A DNA stretch of 64,000 bases. Source: Gemmatimonadales bacterium. Lineage in GTDB: Bacteria; Gemmatimonadota; Gemmatimonadetes; Gemmatimonadales; GWC2-71-9. Positions within the stretch are counted from its first letter, which is position 1. Every line of letters starts with the position of its first letter. The stretch lies in the NCBI GenBank assembly GCA_036265815.1, contig DATAOI010000049.1, forward strand, positions 12,126 through 76,125. Reading direction: 5' to 3'. The notes under the pieces are model-generated. The model saw nothing but the letters and a program-made list of their open reading frames with translations. It was not told where the DNA came from and did no database searches. A program made the position numbers and the translations under genes. Of the stretch, positions 45,550 through 55,217 are shown in pieces.

Positions 45550-46425
45550 TCAGCTCAACTCGGCATGCTCGATGTGGGGCCGCTGTCCTTGCATGTGCCG
45601 CAGCAGGCGCGCCGTGGTGTCTCTGAGGGAGGCGCGGGGGACGACGTCGTCGATCTGCCCATGCTCCAGCAGGAACTCCGCGGTCTGGAACCCCTCGGGC
45701 AGGTCCTGGCCGATCGTCTGCTTGATGACCCGCTGCCCGGCAAACCCGATCAGCGCGCCCGGCTCCGCCAGCACCACGTCGCCCTGCATGGCGAAGGAGG
45801 CGGAGACGCCGCCGGTGGTCGGATCGGTGAGGATCGAGATGTGGGGGATGCCGTCGCGGTGGAGCTGGGCGATGGCGGCGGAGGTCTTGGCCATCTGCAT
45901 CAGGGAGAGCACGCCTTCCTGCATTCGGGCGCCGCCGGAGGCGGAGACGATCACCAGTGGGAGCTTCTTTTCCTGGGACCGCCGGGTAAGTCGGGTAATC
46001 TTCTCCCCGACCACCGACCCCATCGATCCGCCCATGAAGCTGAAATTCATGACCCCGAGATTGATGGGCAGGCCATCCAGGCGGGCCGTGCCGGTGTAGA
46101 TGGCGTCCGCCTCCCCGCCCTTCTTGCGGGCGGCCGACAGCCGGTCGTCGTAACTCTCGAATTTCAGGGGATCGGCCGAACGGAGACCGCCGTACAGCTC
46201 GCGCCAGGTGCCCGGATCGGTGAGCAGCTCGACGTACTCTTCGGCGTTGATCCGCCGGTGTCGGCCGCACTCCGGACACACGTTGTGCGCCTTCTCGAAC
46301 TTCTCGCGGATGTCGATGTGGCCGCAGGCGTCGCACTTTTCCCACGCGTCCGGCGGAATCTCGAGCCGCTCGCGCTGGGACGTCCGGGGCTTCCGTTCCT
46401 TCTTAAACCATGCCATCACAGCCAT
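45550..46425 (-). CDS. accD: acetyl-CoA carboxylase carboxyltransferase subunit beta
   Basis: Zn-ribbon CDACGHI...CPECG, ...FSFMGGSMGSVVGEK... The accD-folC order matches many bacteria. Confidence 0.95.
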   Translation of the reverse strand: MAVMAWFKKERKPRTSQRERLEIPPDAWEKCDACGHIDIREKFEKAHNVCPECGRHRRINAEEYVELLTDPGTWRELYGGLRSADPLKFESYDDRLSAARKKGGEADAIYTGTARLDGLPINLGVMNFSFMGGSMGSVVGEKITRLTRRSQEKKLPLVIVSASGGARMQEGVLSLMQMAKTSAAIAQLHRDGIPHISILTDPTTGGVSASFAMQGDVVLAEPGALIGFAGQRVIKQTIGQDLPEGFQTAEFLLEHGQIDDVVPRASLRDTTARLLRHMQGQRPHIEHAELS

Positions 46426-46484
46426 AGGATATGGGTGTCGCCGGTGGTGAAGGAAAGGCCGGGATTCGGACAGCCTGCAATTTC

Positions 46485-46514
46485 GGGGGTCCGGCGGTCA
46501 AACGCCAGACCCCC
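46485..46514 (-). terminator. GC-rich hairpin between rodA stop and accD start (candidate terminator, no U-tract)
   Basis: The - strand reads GGGGGTCTGGCG-TTTGAC-CGCCGGACCCCC, a 12-bp stem with one G.U pair. On the + strand that position would be a C.A mismatch. Confidence 0.4.
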
Positions 46515-46529
46515 AATTCTAAGTGGTTG

Positions 46530-47771
46530 CTAGATATCAGGATAGCCTGACTGCCTCGAGTCCCAGGCCACCCGGAAAGCGAGTCCGAGACAGAGTGCGC
46601 AGATGATGAAGAAGGAGCCGCCGTAAGAGAAGAACGGCAGCGGAATGCCGGTGATCGGCATGAGGTTCACCGTCATGCCGACGTTCTCGAAGACGTGGGT
46701 GAACAAGAGGCCGAGGATACCGAACGTCACCAGGCTGCTGAACGGATCGGTGGCCCGGCGGGCGATCCGCAGCAGTGTCAGAAAGAGCGCCAGGAAGAGT
46801 CCCAGCGCGAGCATGACCCCGACGAATCCCAGCTCCTCCCCCACCACGGGAAACACGAAGTCGGTGTGCTGCTCCGGCAGGAACGCCAGCCGCTTCTGTG
46901 GCCCCTGGGTGTACCCGGTCCCGAACCAGCCGCCCGATCCGATGGCGACCCGCGATTGGATGGCGTGATATCCGGCGGCACGGGGATCGGCCTCCGGGTT
47001 GAGAAAGGTCAGCAGCCGGTTCTGCTGGTAGGGCGCCAGCCGCTGCCAGAGCGGCAGCGCGATGGCCCCCATGGCCACATTGGCGAACCAGGCCATCAGC
47101 GCGTCATAGATGTACGGACGCCAGAGCACCAGCAGGGTGGTGAAGCACACGACCCATGCGCCCCAGGCCCAGTTGTTGAACGCCAGCAGCAGGCTCAGGC
47201 CGGGCGATGCGATCATGAATAGGAGCCGAGGCCGCACGCCTGACCAGAACAGCATCGCGAAGGCGATCCCGATGAACACGATGGCGCTGCCCAGGTCCGG
47301 CTGCTTGAGCACCAGCAGGAAGGGGATGCCAACGATAATGCCGGGTCCCAGCAGGTCGCGCAGGGACCGGGGCGGCTCCTTCCGGCTCGACAGGTACCGC
47401 GCCAGCATCAGCACCGTGGCCACTTTGGCGAACTCCGACGGCTGGCCAATCTGATGACCGCCGATGGAGAGCCAGCTGTGGCTGCTCAAGGCAGTGCCGG
47501 CGCCGGTGCCGACCGCCAGCACGACCACCAACAGCAGCAGGCTGAAGAGGTAGAGCGCGGGCGCCAGCCATTCCAGCAGGCGCGGGGACAGGTGGAAGAC
47601 GACCGACCCAGCGACAATACCGATGCCGAACCAGAGGAACTGGTGATACCACACCCCTGCGGCATGGGTGGGCACGTCGGTCTGCCCGGCCGAGTAGAGG
47701 GTGAGGAGGCCATACGCCATGAGCGCCAGGCTGACCCCAAGCAGCCGCCGATCGACTTCCGCCAGCCTCAT
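46530..47771 (-). CDS. rodA: rod-shape-determining SEDS glycosyltransferase RodA
   Basis: FtsW/RodA/SpoVE pattern ...IGGHQIGQPSEFAKV..., ...KQPDLGSA..., 10 TM. ATG 47771 overlaps the mrdA TGA. Confidence 0.92.
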   Translation of the reverse strand: MRLAEVDRRLLGVSLALMAYGLLTLYSAGQTDVPTHAAGVWYHQFLWFGIGIVAGSVVFHLSPRLLEWLAPALYLFSLLLLVVVLAVGTGAGTALSSHSWLSIGGHQIGQPSEFAKVATVLMLARYLSSRKEPPRSLRDLLGPGIIVGIPFLLVLKQPDLGSAIVFIGIAFAMLFWSGVRPRLLFMIASPGLSLLLAFNNWAWGAWVVCFTTLLVLWRPYIYDALMAWFANVAMGAIALPLWQRLAPYQQNRLLTFLNPEADPRAAGYHAIQSRVAIGSGGWFGTGYTQGPQKRLAFLPEQHTDFVFPVVGEELGFVGVMLALGLFLALFLTLLRIARRATDPFSSLVTFGILGLLFTHVFENVGMTVNLMPITGIPLPFFSYGGSFFIICALCLGLAFRVAWDSRQSGYPDI

Positions 47772-49669
47772 GGGCGGTCTCCCGGTGGCGTGGTGTCCGG
47801 CGCCGGGCGCACCAAATCCGAATCGGCCACGGCGGCCGGCGTGAGCGCGGTGCCCCCATCTTCCGGAATCGAGATCTGCACCGAGTCGGCCGCGCCGCTG
47901 GGCTCGGGACCGAGGACATAGCGCCGGAGCGCCAGATACACGTTCCGCACTACCAGGGGATCGTGCAGTCCGACGTTCTCCATGATCCCGCCAACCACCA
48001 GCGCCGGGTGGTCTGCCGGCGCCATGGCGATGAACCACCGGTGGTCCAGCCCATGGGGGTTCTGCGCGGTGCCCGTCTTGCCCGCGATCTGGAGCACACG
48101 GGTCTTCGAGCCCGGCGTGGCATTGATGATGGCGGAGGCCGTGCCGCGCTCCGCCACTGCGGTCAATGCCCGCCGGAGCCCGAGCACCTGGGCCTCGGTG
48201 AGCCCGAAGCCGTACGAGGGCGCCTTCCTGTCCCGCTGAACTACGAACGGCTCCACCGATTCGCCGCCCCCGGCCAACCCCTCGTAGAAGCGAACCATGT
48301 TGATCAACGTCTGGGTATTCTCGCCCTGGCCGATCGAGAAGTTGAGCGTCGTCGCGGGCGGGCTCCAGTTCCGGGGTCCGTAGAGTCGGTCGAAGTACGC
48401 GGTGGTGGCCGGGAAGATCGGGCTCTGCTCGCTCGGCAGGTCGACGCCGCTCCGGTCGCGAAATCCCATCAGGACGCCGTCGCGGAGAATGGCGTCGAGG
48501 CCCAGGCGGAGACCCAGCTGGTAGAAGTAGACGTCACAGCTCGCGGCGACCGCTCCGACCAGGTCGAGCGAGCCGTGGCCTTCCTTCTTCCAGCACCGGA
48601 AGTAGCGGTTGCCCAGCTGCATCCCGCCCGAGCAGGGGAGCGGCATGTGGCTGTCGAACCCGATGATTCCACGCTTCAGCGCCATCGCCGCGATGGCCAG
48701 CTTGAAGGGTGATGCAGGCGGGTACCGTCCGATCATGGCGCGGTTGAGCAGGGGGCGCGCCGAGTCCCCGTTGAGGGACCGCCAGAGCGCCGTCGTGATA
48801 CCACCCACGAACGCGTTGGGATCATACGAGGGCGCCGAATACAGCGCACGGACCTCGCCGGCCGGCGTCATCGCCACCATCGCGCCGCGGACGCCCGGGG
48901 GCCAGATGCTGTCGATGTAGCGCTGCAGATCGAGATCGATGGTGGTTCGGATCGGCTTGCCGGGAGTGGGGGGAAGTATGGCCGTCGCGGCCTCCTCCCG
49001 TACCAGGCGCCCGCGCGCGTTGACCTCGATGTAGCGCACACCCTCGGCTCCGCGCAGGGTATCGTCATACTGGCGCTCAAGGCCCGCCTTGCCCACGATG
49101 GAGCCGAGCCCCGCGCCCGGATAGCGATTGGCACCGAGGTCGCTCTCGGTGACCTCCGACACGTAGCCGACCAGGTGCGCCACGGCCTTCCCGGCGGCGT
49201 AGAGGCGCTTCGGCTCGGCCTGGATCACCAGGCCGGGCAGGACCGCACGATGTTCTTCGAGCCGGGCAATGGTCTCGAACGTGGCATCACCGAAGACGAC
49301 CACCGGCTGGTAGCGCGCCGCCGCAAACCGGCGAAGAACCTCGTTGCTCTGCGCGGTGTCGAGCGGCACGAACCGCCCGATCCGCACCAGCACGGCATGC
49401 AGCGAGTCCCGGCTGGGTGCCAGCAGCTTGACCGAATAGCCAGGGACGTTCTCGGCGATGATTCGTCCGACTCGGTCGAGGATCGCGCCCCGGGGTGGGG
49501 TGAGCGGGATGGGGCGCAATCGGTTGGTTTCTGCCTTGAGCTGGAACTTGTCGTGCTGGATCACCTGGGTCCGGAAGAAGGCGCCGGAAAGCACCAGGAA
49601 GGCGCCGACCAGGATCCAGCGCGCCACGTCGGCGCGCTCCCGCACCCGATAGGAATCGAATCCGTTCAT
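47768..49669 (-). CDS. mrdA: penicillin-binding protein 2 (elongasome transpeptidase)
   Basis: N-terminal TM anchor, SxxK in PPASPFKL, ...SIGQGE..., ...KTGTAQ... ATG 49669 overlaps the mreD TGA. Confidence 0.93.
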   Translation of the reverse strand: MNGFDSYRVRERADVARWILVGAFLVLSGAFFRTQVIQHDKFQLKAETNRLRPIPLTPPRGAILDRVGRIIAENVPGYSVKLLAPSRDSLHAVLVRIGRFVPLDTAQSNEVLRRFAAARYQPVVVFGDATFETIARLEEHRAVLPGLVIQAEPKRLYAAGKAVAHLVGYVSEVTESDLGANRYPGAGLGSIVGKAGLERQYDDTLRGAEGVRYIEVNARGRLVREEAATAILPPTPGKPIRTTIDLDLQRYIDSIWPPGVRGAMVAMTPAGEVRALYSAPSYDPNAFVGGITTALWRSLNGDSARPLLNRAMIGRYPPASPFKLAIAAMALKRGIIGFDSHMPLPCSGGMQLGNRYFRCWKKEGHGSLDLVGAVAASCDVYFYQLGLRLGLDAILRDGVLMGFRDRSGVDLPSEQSPIFPATTAYFDRLYGPRNWSPPATTLNFSIGQGENTQTLINMVRFYEGLAGGGESVEPFVVQRDRKAPSYGFGLTEAQVLGLRRALTAVAERGTASAIINATPGSKTRVLQIAGKTGTAQNPHGLDHRWFIAMAPADHPALVVGGIMENVGLHDPLVVRNVYLALRRYVLGPEPSGAADSVQISIPEDGGTALTPAAVADSDLVRPAPDTTPPGDRP

Positions 49670-50163
49670 GCGTCGAGCCGGATAGAGAACCACTCGCGAA
49701 ACGCCACCAGGACCAGCAGCGCGAAGAGCGCTGTGGTGAGCGCCTCGAGTGGACTATAGAGGGTGAGCTCCGCCAGCACGGAGCGCTCGCCGCCCCCGCT
49801 CGCCACCATCACCAGCAGGTCGCGGACCCAGAGCCCCACCGCCACGAAGGCGGCATTGACGATCGGATTCTCCGCGAAGAACACCGACCGTCCCCAGGAT
49901 GCGAGATAGCCCACCACGGTGTGCGCCAGCATCCCGGCGCCGAAGTGCACCGGGGTCAGCGCGTCCGTGGCCAGCCCGACCAGAAAGCCGGCCACGGCGC
50001 CCGCGCCAGGGCTGCTCCGCATCGCGAACAACATCAGGCCGATGAACATGAAATCGGGACTGACGCGCGCGCCCCAGAGTCGCGGGCGCAGATAGAAGTG
50101 CAGCACCAGCAGCAACAGCAGCACCACCGCGAGCTGCACGCGGCTGGCCCGCGCGGGCATCAT
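49666..50163 (-). CDS. mreD: rod shape-determining protein MreD
   Basis: 165-aa polytopic membrane protein positioned between mreC and mrdA. Overlaps the mreC stop. Confidence 0.85.
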   Translation of the reverse strand: MMPARASRVQLAVVLLLLLVLHFYLRPRLWGARVSPDFMFIGLMLFAMRSSPGAGAVAGFLVGLATDALTPVHFGAGMLAHTVVGYLASWGRSVFFAENPIVNAAFVAVGLWVRDLLVMVASGGGERSVLAELTLYSPLEALTTALFALLVLVAFREWFSIRLDA

Positions 50164-51224
50164 CGGGCCGAGTCCTTCGGGGCGGGCGGGGCCGCCGCGG
50201 GGGCGGGTCTCGGCCGCGTCACGGAGTCGGGGCGGACTGCGGGCCGGGGAACCTTGGGCCGGGTGCTATCCCGGCTCGCCGCGGCCACCGAGTCGGCCCG
50301 GTGCGCCTTGGCCTCCCGCGCCGCCTGCGCCAGGGAATCGGCCTGGCGCACCCGCGCGATCGAATCCAGCCGTTGCGCCTCCAATGCCGAATCGCTCGGA
50401 AAGGCGGCCGCGAGATCCCGGCTGGACGAGGACACCAGCACCAGGACGTGGGCCGCGGAGCCCGGATTCGCGCTCGGGAGCAGCCGGTAGACCCGCTCCC
50501 ATCCGGCCTGCTCGCGGATCAGGCCGGTGACCGTGCCCACCGGAATCCCCTTGGGATACACGCCGCCCAGACCCGACGACAGCACCAGCGTGCCCAGCGG
50601 CACCGAGTCCCGGTAGGCCACGCCGCGAAACTCGAGAGAGCCCTCGGGATCCGTGGCCGAGCTCGCCGGCGCCACCACCCCCGCGGCGTTGCCCCGGACG
50701 GTGAAGGCGCTCACCCGAAACTCCGGATGGGCCCAGGTCATCACCACGCTGGTCCGGCGGCCGACGGTGAGGAGAACGCCGATCAGCCCCTCCGGCGCCA
50801 CCACCGGGTCGAACACCGAGACGCCCTGCGCCGAGCCCACGCTGAGCAGCAGCGTGCGGCCGTCGGTGGCCTGTGCCTGGTGCAGCACCTCGGCGGCCAC
50901 GTAGCGGTTCGACAGCCGATGGCCGAGCGTGAGGAGCTGGCGGAGGCGCTCGTTCTCGGCCAGCAGCGAGGGGATGCCCTGGGCCAGGTAGCTGGTGGAG
51001 TCACGCTGGGCGGTGATGGCGCGGAGGCGAACCCGACTGGTCCGTCCCTCCTCGGCCCGCGCCTGAAGCCAGACCAGCGGCACGAGCACGGTCTCACGCA
51101 GCGAATCGGCCATCCCCAAGCCCCAGGTCGCCGGGGAGAGGAGCGCCACCAGCGACAGTCCCACGCAGGCGAGGAACAACACCGTGTCCCGGCGGGTATA
51201 CGAGCGTTCCGACGCGCTGGCCAT
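50160..51224 (-). CDS. mreC: rod shape-determining protein MreC (with Ala/Pro/Arg-rich C-terminal tail)
   Basis: N-terminal TM and coiled coil (...LLAENERLRQLL...), beta-barrel repeats ...GLIG..., ...GGVYPKGIPVGTV... Confidence 0.9.
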   Translation of the reverse strand: MASASERSYTRRDTVLFLACVGLSLVALLSPATWGLGMADSLRETVLVPLVWLQARAEEGRTSRVRLRAITAQRDSTSYLAQGIPSLLAENERLRQLLTLGHRLSNRYVAAEVLHQAQATDGRTLLLSVGSAQGVSVFDPVVAPEGLIGVLLTVGRRTSVVMTWAHPEFRVSAFTVRGNAAGVVAPASSATDPEGSLEFRGVAYRDSVPLGTLVLSSGLGGVYPKGIPVGTVTGLIREQAGWERVYRLLPSANPGSAAHVLVLVSSSSRDLAAAFPSDSALEAQRLDSIARVRQADSLAQAAREAKAHRADSVAAASRDSTRPKVPRPAVRPDSVTRPRPAPAAAPPAPKDSAR

Positions 51225-51226
51225 GC

Positions 51227-52264
51227 TTAGAGGGAGAGAACGCTGCGGTATTTCTCGTAGTCGTCGAGGATCCGGCCCGTGCCCCGCACCACGCAGGTGA
51301 GCGGGTCTTCGTCCACATGGATCGGCAGCCCGGTCTCCTGGGCCAGCAGGATGTCGAGGCCGCGGATCAGCGCGCCCCCGCCGGTCATCACGATGCCGCG
51401 ATCCACGATGTCGCTGGCGAGCTCGGGCGGGGTGATCTCCAGAGCCCGGCGGACGGCGTCCACGATCTGCTGGATCGGCTCCTGCACCGCTTCCCGGATC
51501 TCGGTGGAGTGCACCCGCACGGTCTTGGGGATGCCGGAGACGAGGTCGCGTCCCTTGACCTCCATCTCCCGCTCGTCGCCCGTGGGCGCGGCCGAGCCGA
51601 TCTTGATCTTGATCGCTTCGGCGGTCGGCTCGCCCACCAGCAGGTTGTAGTTCTTCCGCATGAACTGGACGATGGCCTGGTCCAGCTCGTCGCCGCCGGT
51701 CCGGATCGACGTGTCGGAGACGATGCCCGACAGGGCGATGACCGCGATCTCGGTGGTGCCCCCGCCGATGTCGATCACCATGTTGCCGGTGGGCGTCTCC
51801 ACCGGCAGCCCCACCCCGATCGCGGCGGCCATCGGCTCCGCCACCATCAGCACCTGCTTGGCGCCCGCGGTCTCGGCCGAGTCGCGGACGGCGCGGCGCT
51901 CGACTTCGGTGATCCCGGAGGGCACGCAGACGATGACCTTGGGCTTCACCCGGAAGACGTGCTTGTCGATGATCGTCTTCAGGAAGTAGCGCAACATCTT
52001 CTCGGTGACGTCGAAGTCGGCGATCACGCCGTCCTTGAGCGGACGCACCGCGAGGATCCCGTCGGGCGTGCGGCCCAGCATCCGCTTGGCCTCGAGTCCG
52101 ATGCCCTTGATCTTGCCAGTCACCTTCTCGATGGCCACCACGCTGGGCTCGTTGAGCACGATGCCCTCGCCCTTGACGTAGATGAGCGTGTTGGCCGTGC
52201 CCAGATCCACCGCGATTTCATTCGCGGGGAGCCAGGACATCACGTTCCATGACGGGAATTTCAT
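51227..52264 (-). CDS. mreB: rod shape-determining actin homologue MreB
   Basis: ...IAVDLGTANTLIYVKG..., ...DIGGGTTEIAV..., ...IVMTGGGALIRGLD... The start could be the internal ATG 52240. Confidence 0.95.
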   Translation of the reverse strand: MKFPSWNVMSWLPANEIAVDLGTANTLIYVKGEGIVLNEPSVVAIEKVTGKIKGIGLEAKRMLGRTPDGILAVRPLKDGVIADFDVTEKMLRYFLKTIIDKHVFRVKPKVIVCVPSGITEVERRAVRDSAETAGAKQVLMVAEPMAAAIGVGLPVETPTGNMVIDIGGGTTEIAVIALSGIVSDTSIRTGGDELDQAIVQFMRKNYNLLVGEPTAEAIKIKIGSAAPTGDEREMEVKGRDLVSGIPKTVRVHSTEIREAVQEPIQQIVDAVRRALEITPPELASDIVDRGIVMTGGGALIRGLDILLAQETGLPIHVDEDPLTCVVRGTGRILDDYEKYRSVLSL

Positions 52265-52351
52265 CCGGTGGCCGCTGAGGGCATGGCTGTCAAGGTAAAT
52301 GGGGGCTCCGATCTGGGGAAGCCGCGGTTATCGTCATCGTCGAGCACGTCG

Positions 52352-52813
52352 TTAGTGTCCGCTGCTGCCGAACCCGCCTTCGCCGCGGCCCGATTCGGGC
52401 AGCCGCTCCACCGGCCGGAAGCTCACCCGCTCCACCCGCGCCACGACCATCTGCGCGATCCGCATGCCCCGGGTGATCTCGACGCGATCGGCGCCCAGGT
52501 TGACCAGCATGATCATGAGCTCGCCGCGATAGTCGCTGTCGATCGTCGCAGGCGTGTTGGGAAGGGTGATGCCGTGCCGGAGCGCCAACCCGGATCGGGG
52601 GCGGATCTGGCATTCATATCCCTCGGGGACCGCGATGGCGAAGCCGGTCCGGAACAGCTTCCGCTCCATCGGCGCCAGCGACCCGTCTTCGGCGCTGGCC
52701 ACGTCGTACCCGGCCGAGCCGGGGGTGGCCAGGCTCGGCAGCGGCAGGCCCTCGCCGTGAGGCAGCCGGCTCAGCAGGACTTCGATCGTGCTCGAGGCGG
52801 GCGCCCCGCTCAC
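52352..52813 (-). CDS. dut: dUTP diphosphatase
   Basis: ...GSAGYDV..., ...PRSGLAL..., ...[10 protein letters not shown]... GTG 52813 overlaps the ald TGA. Confidence 0.92.
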   Translation of the reverse strand: MSGAPASSTIEVLLSRLPHGEGLPLPSLATPGSAGYDVASAEDGSLAPMERKLFRTGFAIAVPEGYECQIRPRSGLALRHGITLPNTPATIDSDYRGELMIMLVNLGADRVEITRGMRIAQMVVARVERVSFRPVERLPESGRGEGGFGSSGH

Positions 52814-53922
52814 AGGATGCCGGCGACGTCTGCCAGGGGCAGCCGGAAGGCTTCGGCCACGCCCGGATAGACCACCTTGCCCTCGACCACGTTGAGGCCC
52901 AGCCCGAGTGCGCGGTCCGCCTTGCACGCCGCACGCCAACCCTGCTTGGCGAGCTTAAGTCCATATGGCAGCGTGGCATTGGTCAGGGCGAGGGTGGAGG
53001 TCCGGGGGACGCCCCCGGGCATATTGGCAACCGCGTAGTGCAGAATACCGTCGACGAAGTAGGTGGGATTCTCGTGGGTGGTCGGCTTGATCGTCTCGAC
53101 GCAGCCCCCCTGATCGACCGCCACGTCCACGATGACCGTGCCCGGTTTCATGCTCTTGAGGTCGGCTCGCTTGACCAGGTGGGGCGCCTTGGCACCGGGC
53201 AGGAGCACCGCGCCGATCACCAGGTCGGCCCGGCGGATCGCCTCCAGGATGTTGTGCCGGTTGGAGTAGGTGGTGTCCACGTTGGCCGGGAGCACGTCGT
53301 CCAGATAGCGCAGCCGGTCGAGCGAGATGTCCAGGATGGTCACGTGCGCGCCCAGCCCGGCCGCCATCTTGGCCGCGTTGATCCCCACCACGCCCCCACC
53401 GATGATGACGACCTCGCCCGGCGCCACGCCGGGCACGCCGCCCAGCAGGATGCCGCTGCCCCCGAACACCTTCTCCAGATACTTGGCGCCGTCCTGCACC
53501 GCCATCCGTCCGGCGACCTCGGACATCGGCGTGAGCAGGGGCAGCTCGCCACTGGGGAGCTGCACCGTCTCGTAGGCGATGGCCACGGCGCCCGAGTCGA
53601 TGACCGCCCGGGTGAGCTCCTCCGCGGCGGCGAAGTGGAAGTAGGTGTAGATCAGCTGTCCCCGGCGCATGCGAGGCCACTCCGGCGCGATCGGCTCCTT
53701 CACCTTCATGATCATCTCGGACCGCTGCCAGACCTCATCGGGGGTGGCGAGGATCGCGGCACCGGCCGCTTGGTAGCTGGCGTCGGGGAAGCCGCTTCCC
53801 ACTCCGGCTCCGGCCTCGATCACCACGGTGTGCCCCGCCGCCACCAGCGCCTCCGCGCCCGCCGGCACCAGGGCGACGCGGTTCTCATTGGTCTTGATCT
53901 CTTTGGGAACCCCGATCAGCAT
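52810..53922 (-). CDS. ald: alanine dehydrogenase
   Basis: [20 protein letters not shown]..., NAD site [12 protein letters not shown], 370 aa. ATG 53922 chosen inside the longer track ORF. Confidence 0.93.
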   Translation of the reverse strand: MLIGVPKEIKTNENRVALVPAGAEALVAAGHTVVIEAGAGVGSGFPDASYQAAGAAILATPDEVWQRSEMIMKVKEPIAPEWPRMRRGQLIYTYFHFAAAEELTRAVIDSGAVAIAYETVQLPSGELPLLTPMSEVAGRMAVQDGAKYLEKVFGGSGILLGGVPGVAPGEVVIIGGGVVGINAAKMAAGLGAHVTILDISLDRLRYLDDVLPANVDTTYSNRHNILEAIRRADLVIGAVLLPGAKAPHLVKRADLKSMKPGTVIVDVAVDQGGCVETIKPTTHENPTYFVDGILHYAVANMPGGVPRTSTLALTNATLPYGLKLAKQGWRAACKADRALGLGLNVVEGKVVYPGVAEAFRLPLADVAGIL

Positions 53923-53953
53923 CGATGCTCCTCGGATTCGGTTATGAGTCTCC

Positions 53954-55210
53954 TCACCCCTGTGGCCCCAGCCGGACGACCGTCTGCCGGTCGGCGGCAA
54001 AGAACTCCGCCGCCACCGCGGCGATCTCCTCGCTGGTGACCGCGTCGATCTCCGCCAGCATGGCGTCCAGCGGGCGGTACTGGTCATCGTGCAGGACGAA
54101 CCCGGCCAGGCGCCCCATCCGCGCGGCGGGGCTCTCCAGCGAGAGCATGATCTGCCCTTTGAGCTGCTGCTTGCCGTCGGCAAGCTCGGCCGGCGGCAGT
54201 CCTTCGCGGGCCAGTTGGTCGTACTCCGCCCGGATCGCCTCTACGGCCTGGTCGGCGGTGGACGGCTGGGTGCCCACGTAGACGCCCAGCTGGCCCGACG
54301 CCTGGTAGAAGTGCTTGAAGGCGAAGATGGCGTAGGCCAGGCCCAGCTCCTCACGTACCCGCTGGAAGAGCCGGCTCGACATGCCTCCGCCGAACACATT
54401 GGTCAGGATGGCCAGGGCAAAGCGGCGCGGGTCGTTCAGCGGAAAGGTGTCCGTCCCGAAGACGATGTGCGTCTGCGCCGTGTCCCGCTCCTCCCGGTGC
54501 CCGCACCCCCGGCGCGCAGGGGTCGCCGCGACCGGAGGACGCGCCCGCTCCAGCCGGCTCCCTTCGAACCAGCCTTCCCGCTCGAGCACGGTGAGGAGCA
54601 GGTCATGCTCCAGATTGCCGGCCGCCGCGATGATGCAGTTGCCCCGGTTGTAGCCGGCCTCGTGCAGCACCCGGAGATCCGCGGCGGAGAGCCCGCTCAG
54701 CGTGTCGGGCGTCCCCAGGATCGAGTAGCCGTACGGATGCTCGGGCCAGAGCGCGGCGGAGTGGAGCTCGAAGACCAGATCGTCGGGCGTGTCGGCCACG
54801 CCGTTGATCTCTTCCAGGATGACGTTGCGCTCGGGCTCGAGATCGCTCTCCCGCAGGAGCGGATGCCGCACGAGGTCGGTCAGGATCTCGACCGCCAGGG
54901 GGAGATCGGCGTCGAGGATGTGCCCCTGGTAGCTGGTATAGTCCCGGCCGGTGAACGCGTCGAGCCCGCCGCCACGGACCTCTAGCTCCATGGCAAGCTG
55001 CTTGGCGCTGCGCCGCTCGGTGCCTTTGAACACCATGTGCTCGAGCAGATGGGAGATCCCCATCTGCTCCCGGCGCTCGTGGGCGCTGGCGGTGCGCACG
55101 TAGATGCCGACGGCTGCCGAGCGGACGCCCGGCAGCTTCTCGGTGAGGATGATCATCCCGTTCGGCGCCGTGGTCCGGAGCAGCCCTTCGTCGAGGCGAA
55201 CCGTATCCAC
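53954..55210 (-). CDS. M16-family (pitrilysin-like) zinc peptidase
   Basis: Inverted zinc motif [11 protein letters not shown]...E. 418 aa. Lies downstream of pnp, as in many bacteria. Confidence 0.9.
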   Translation of the reverse strand: MDTVRLDEGLLRTTAPNGMIILTEKLPGVRSAAVGIYVRTASAHERREQMGISHLLEHMVFKGTERRSAKQLAMELEVRGGGLDAFTGRDYTSYQGHILDADLPLAVEILTDLVRHPLLRESDLEPERNVILEEINGVADTPDDLVFELHSAALWPEHPYGYSILGTPDTLSGLSAADLRVLHEAGYNRGNCIIAAAGNLEHDLLLTVLEREGWFEGSRLERARPPVAATPARRGCGHREERDTAQTHIVFGTDTFPLNDPRRFALAILTNVFGGGMSSRLFQRVREELGLAYAIFAFKHFYQASGQLGVYVGTQPSTADQAVEAIRAEYDQLAREGLPPAELADGKQQLKGQIMLSLESPAARMGRLAGFVLHDDQYRPLDAMLAEIDAVTSEEIAAVAAEFFAADRQTVVRLGPQG

Positions 55211-55217
55211 GTTGAGG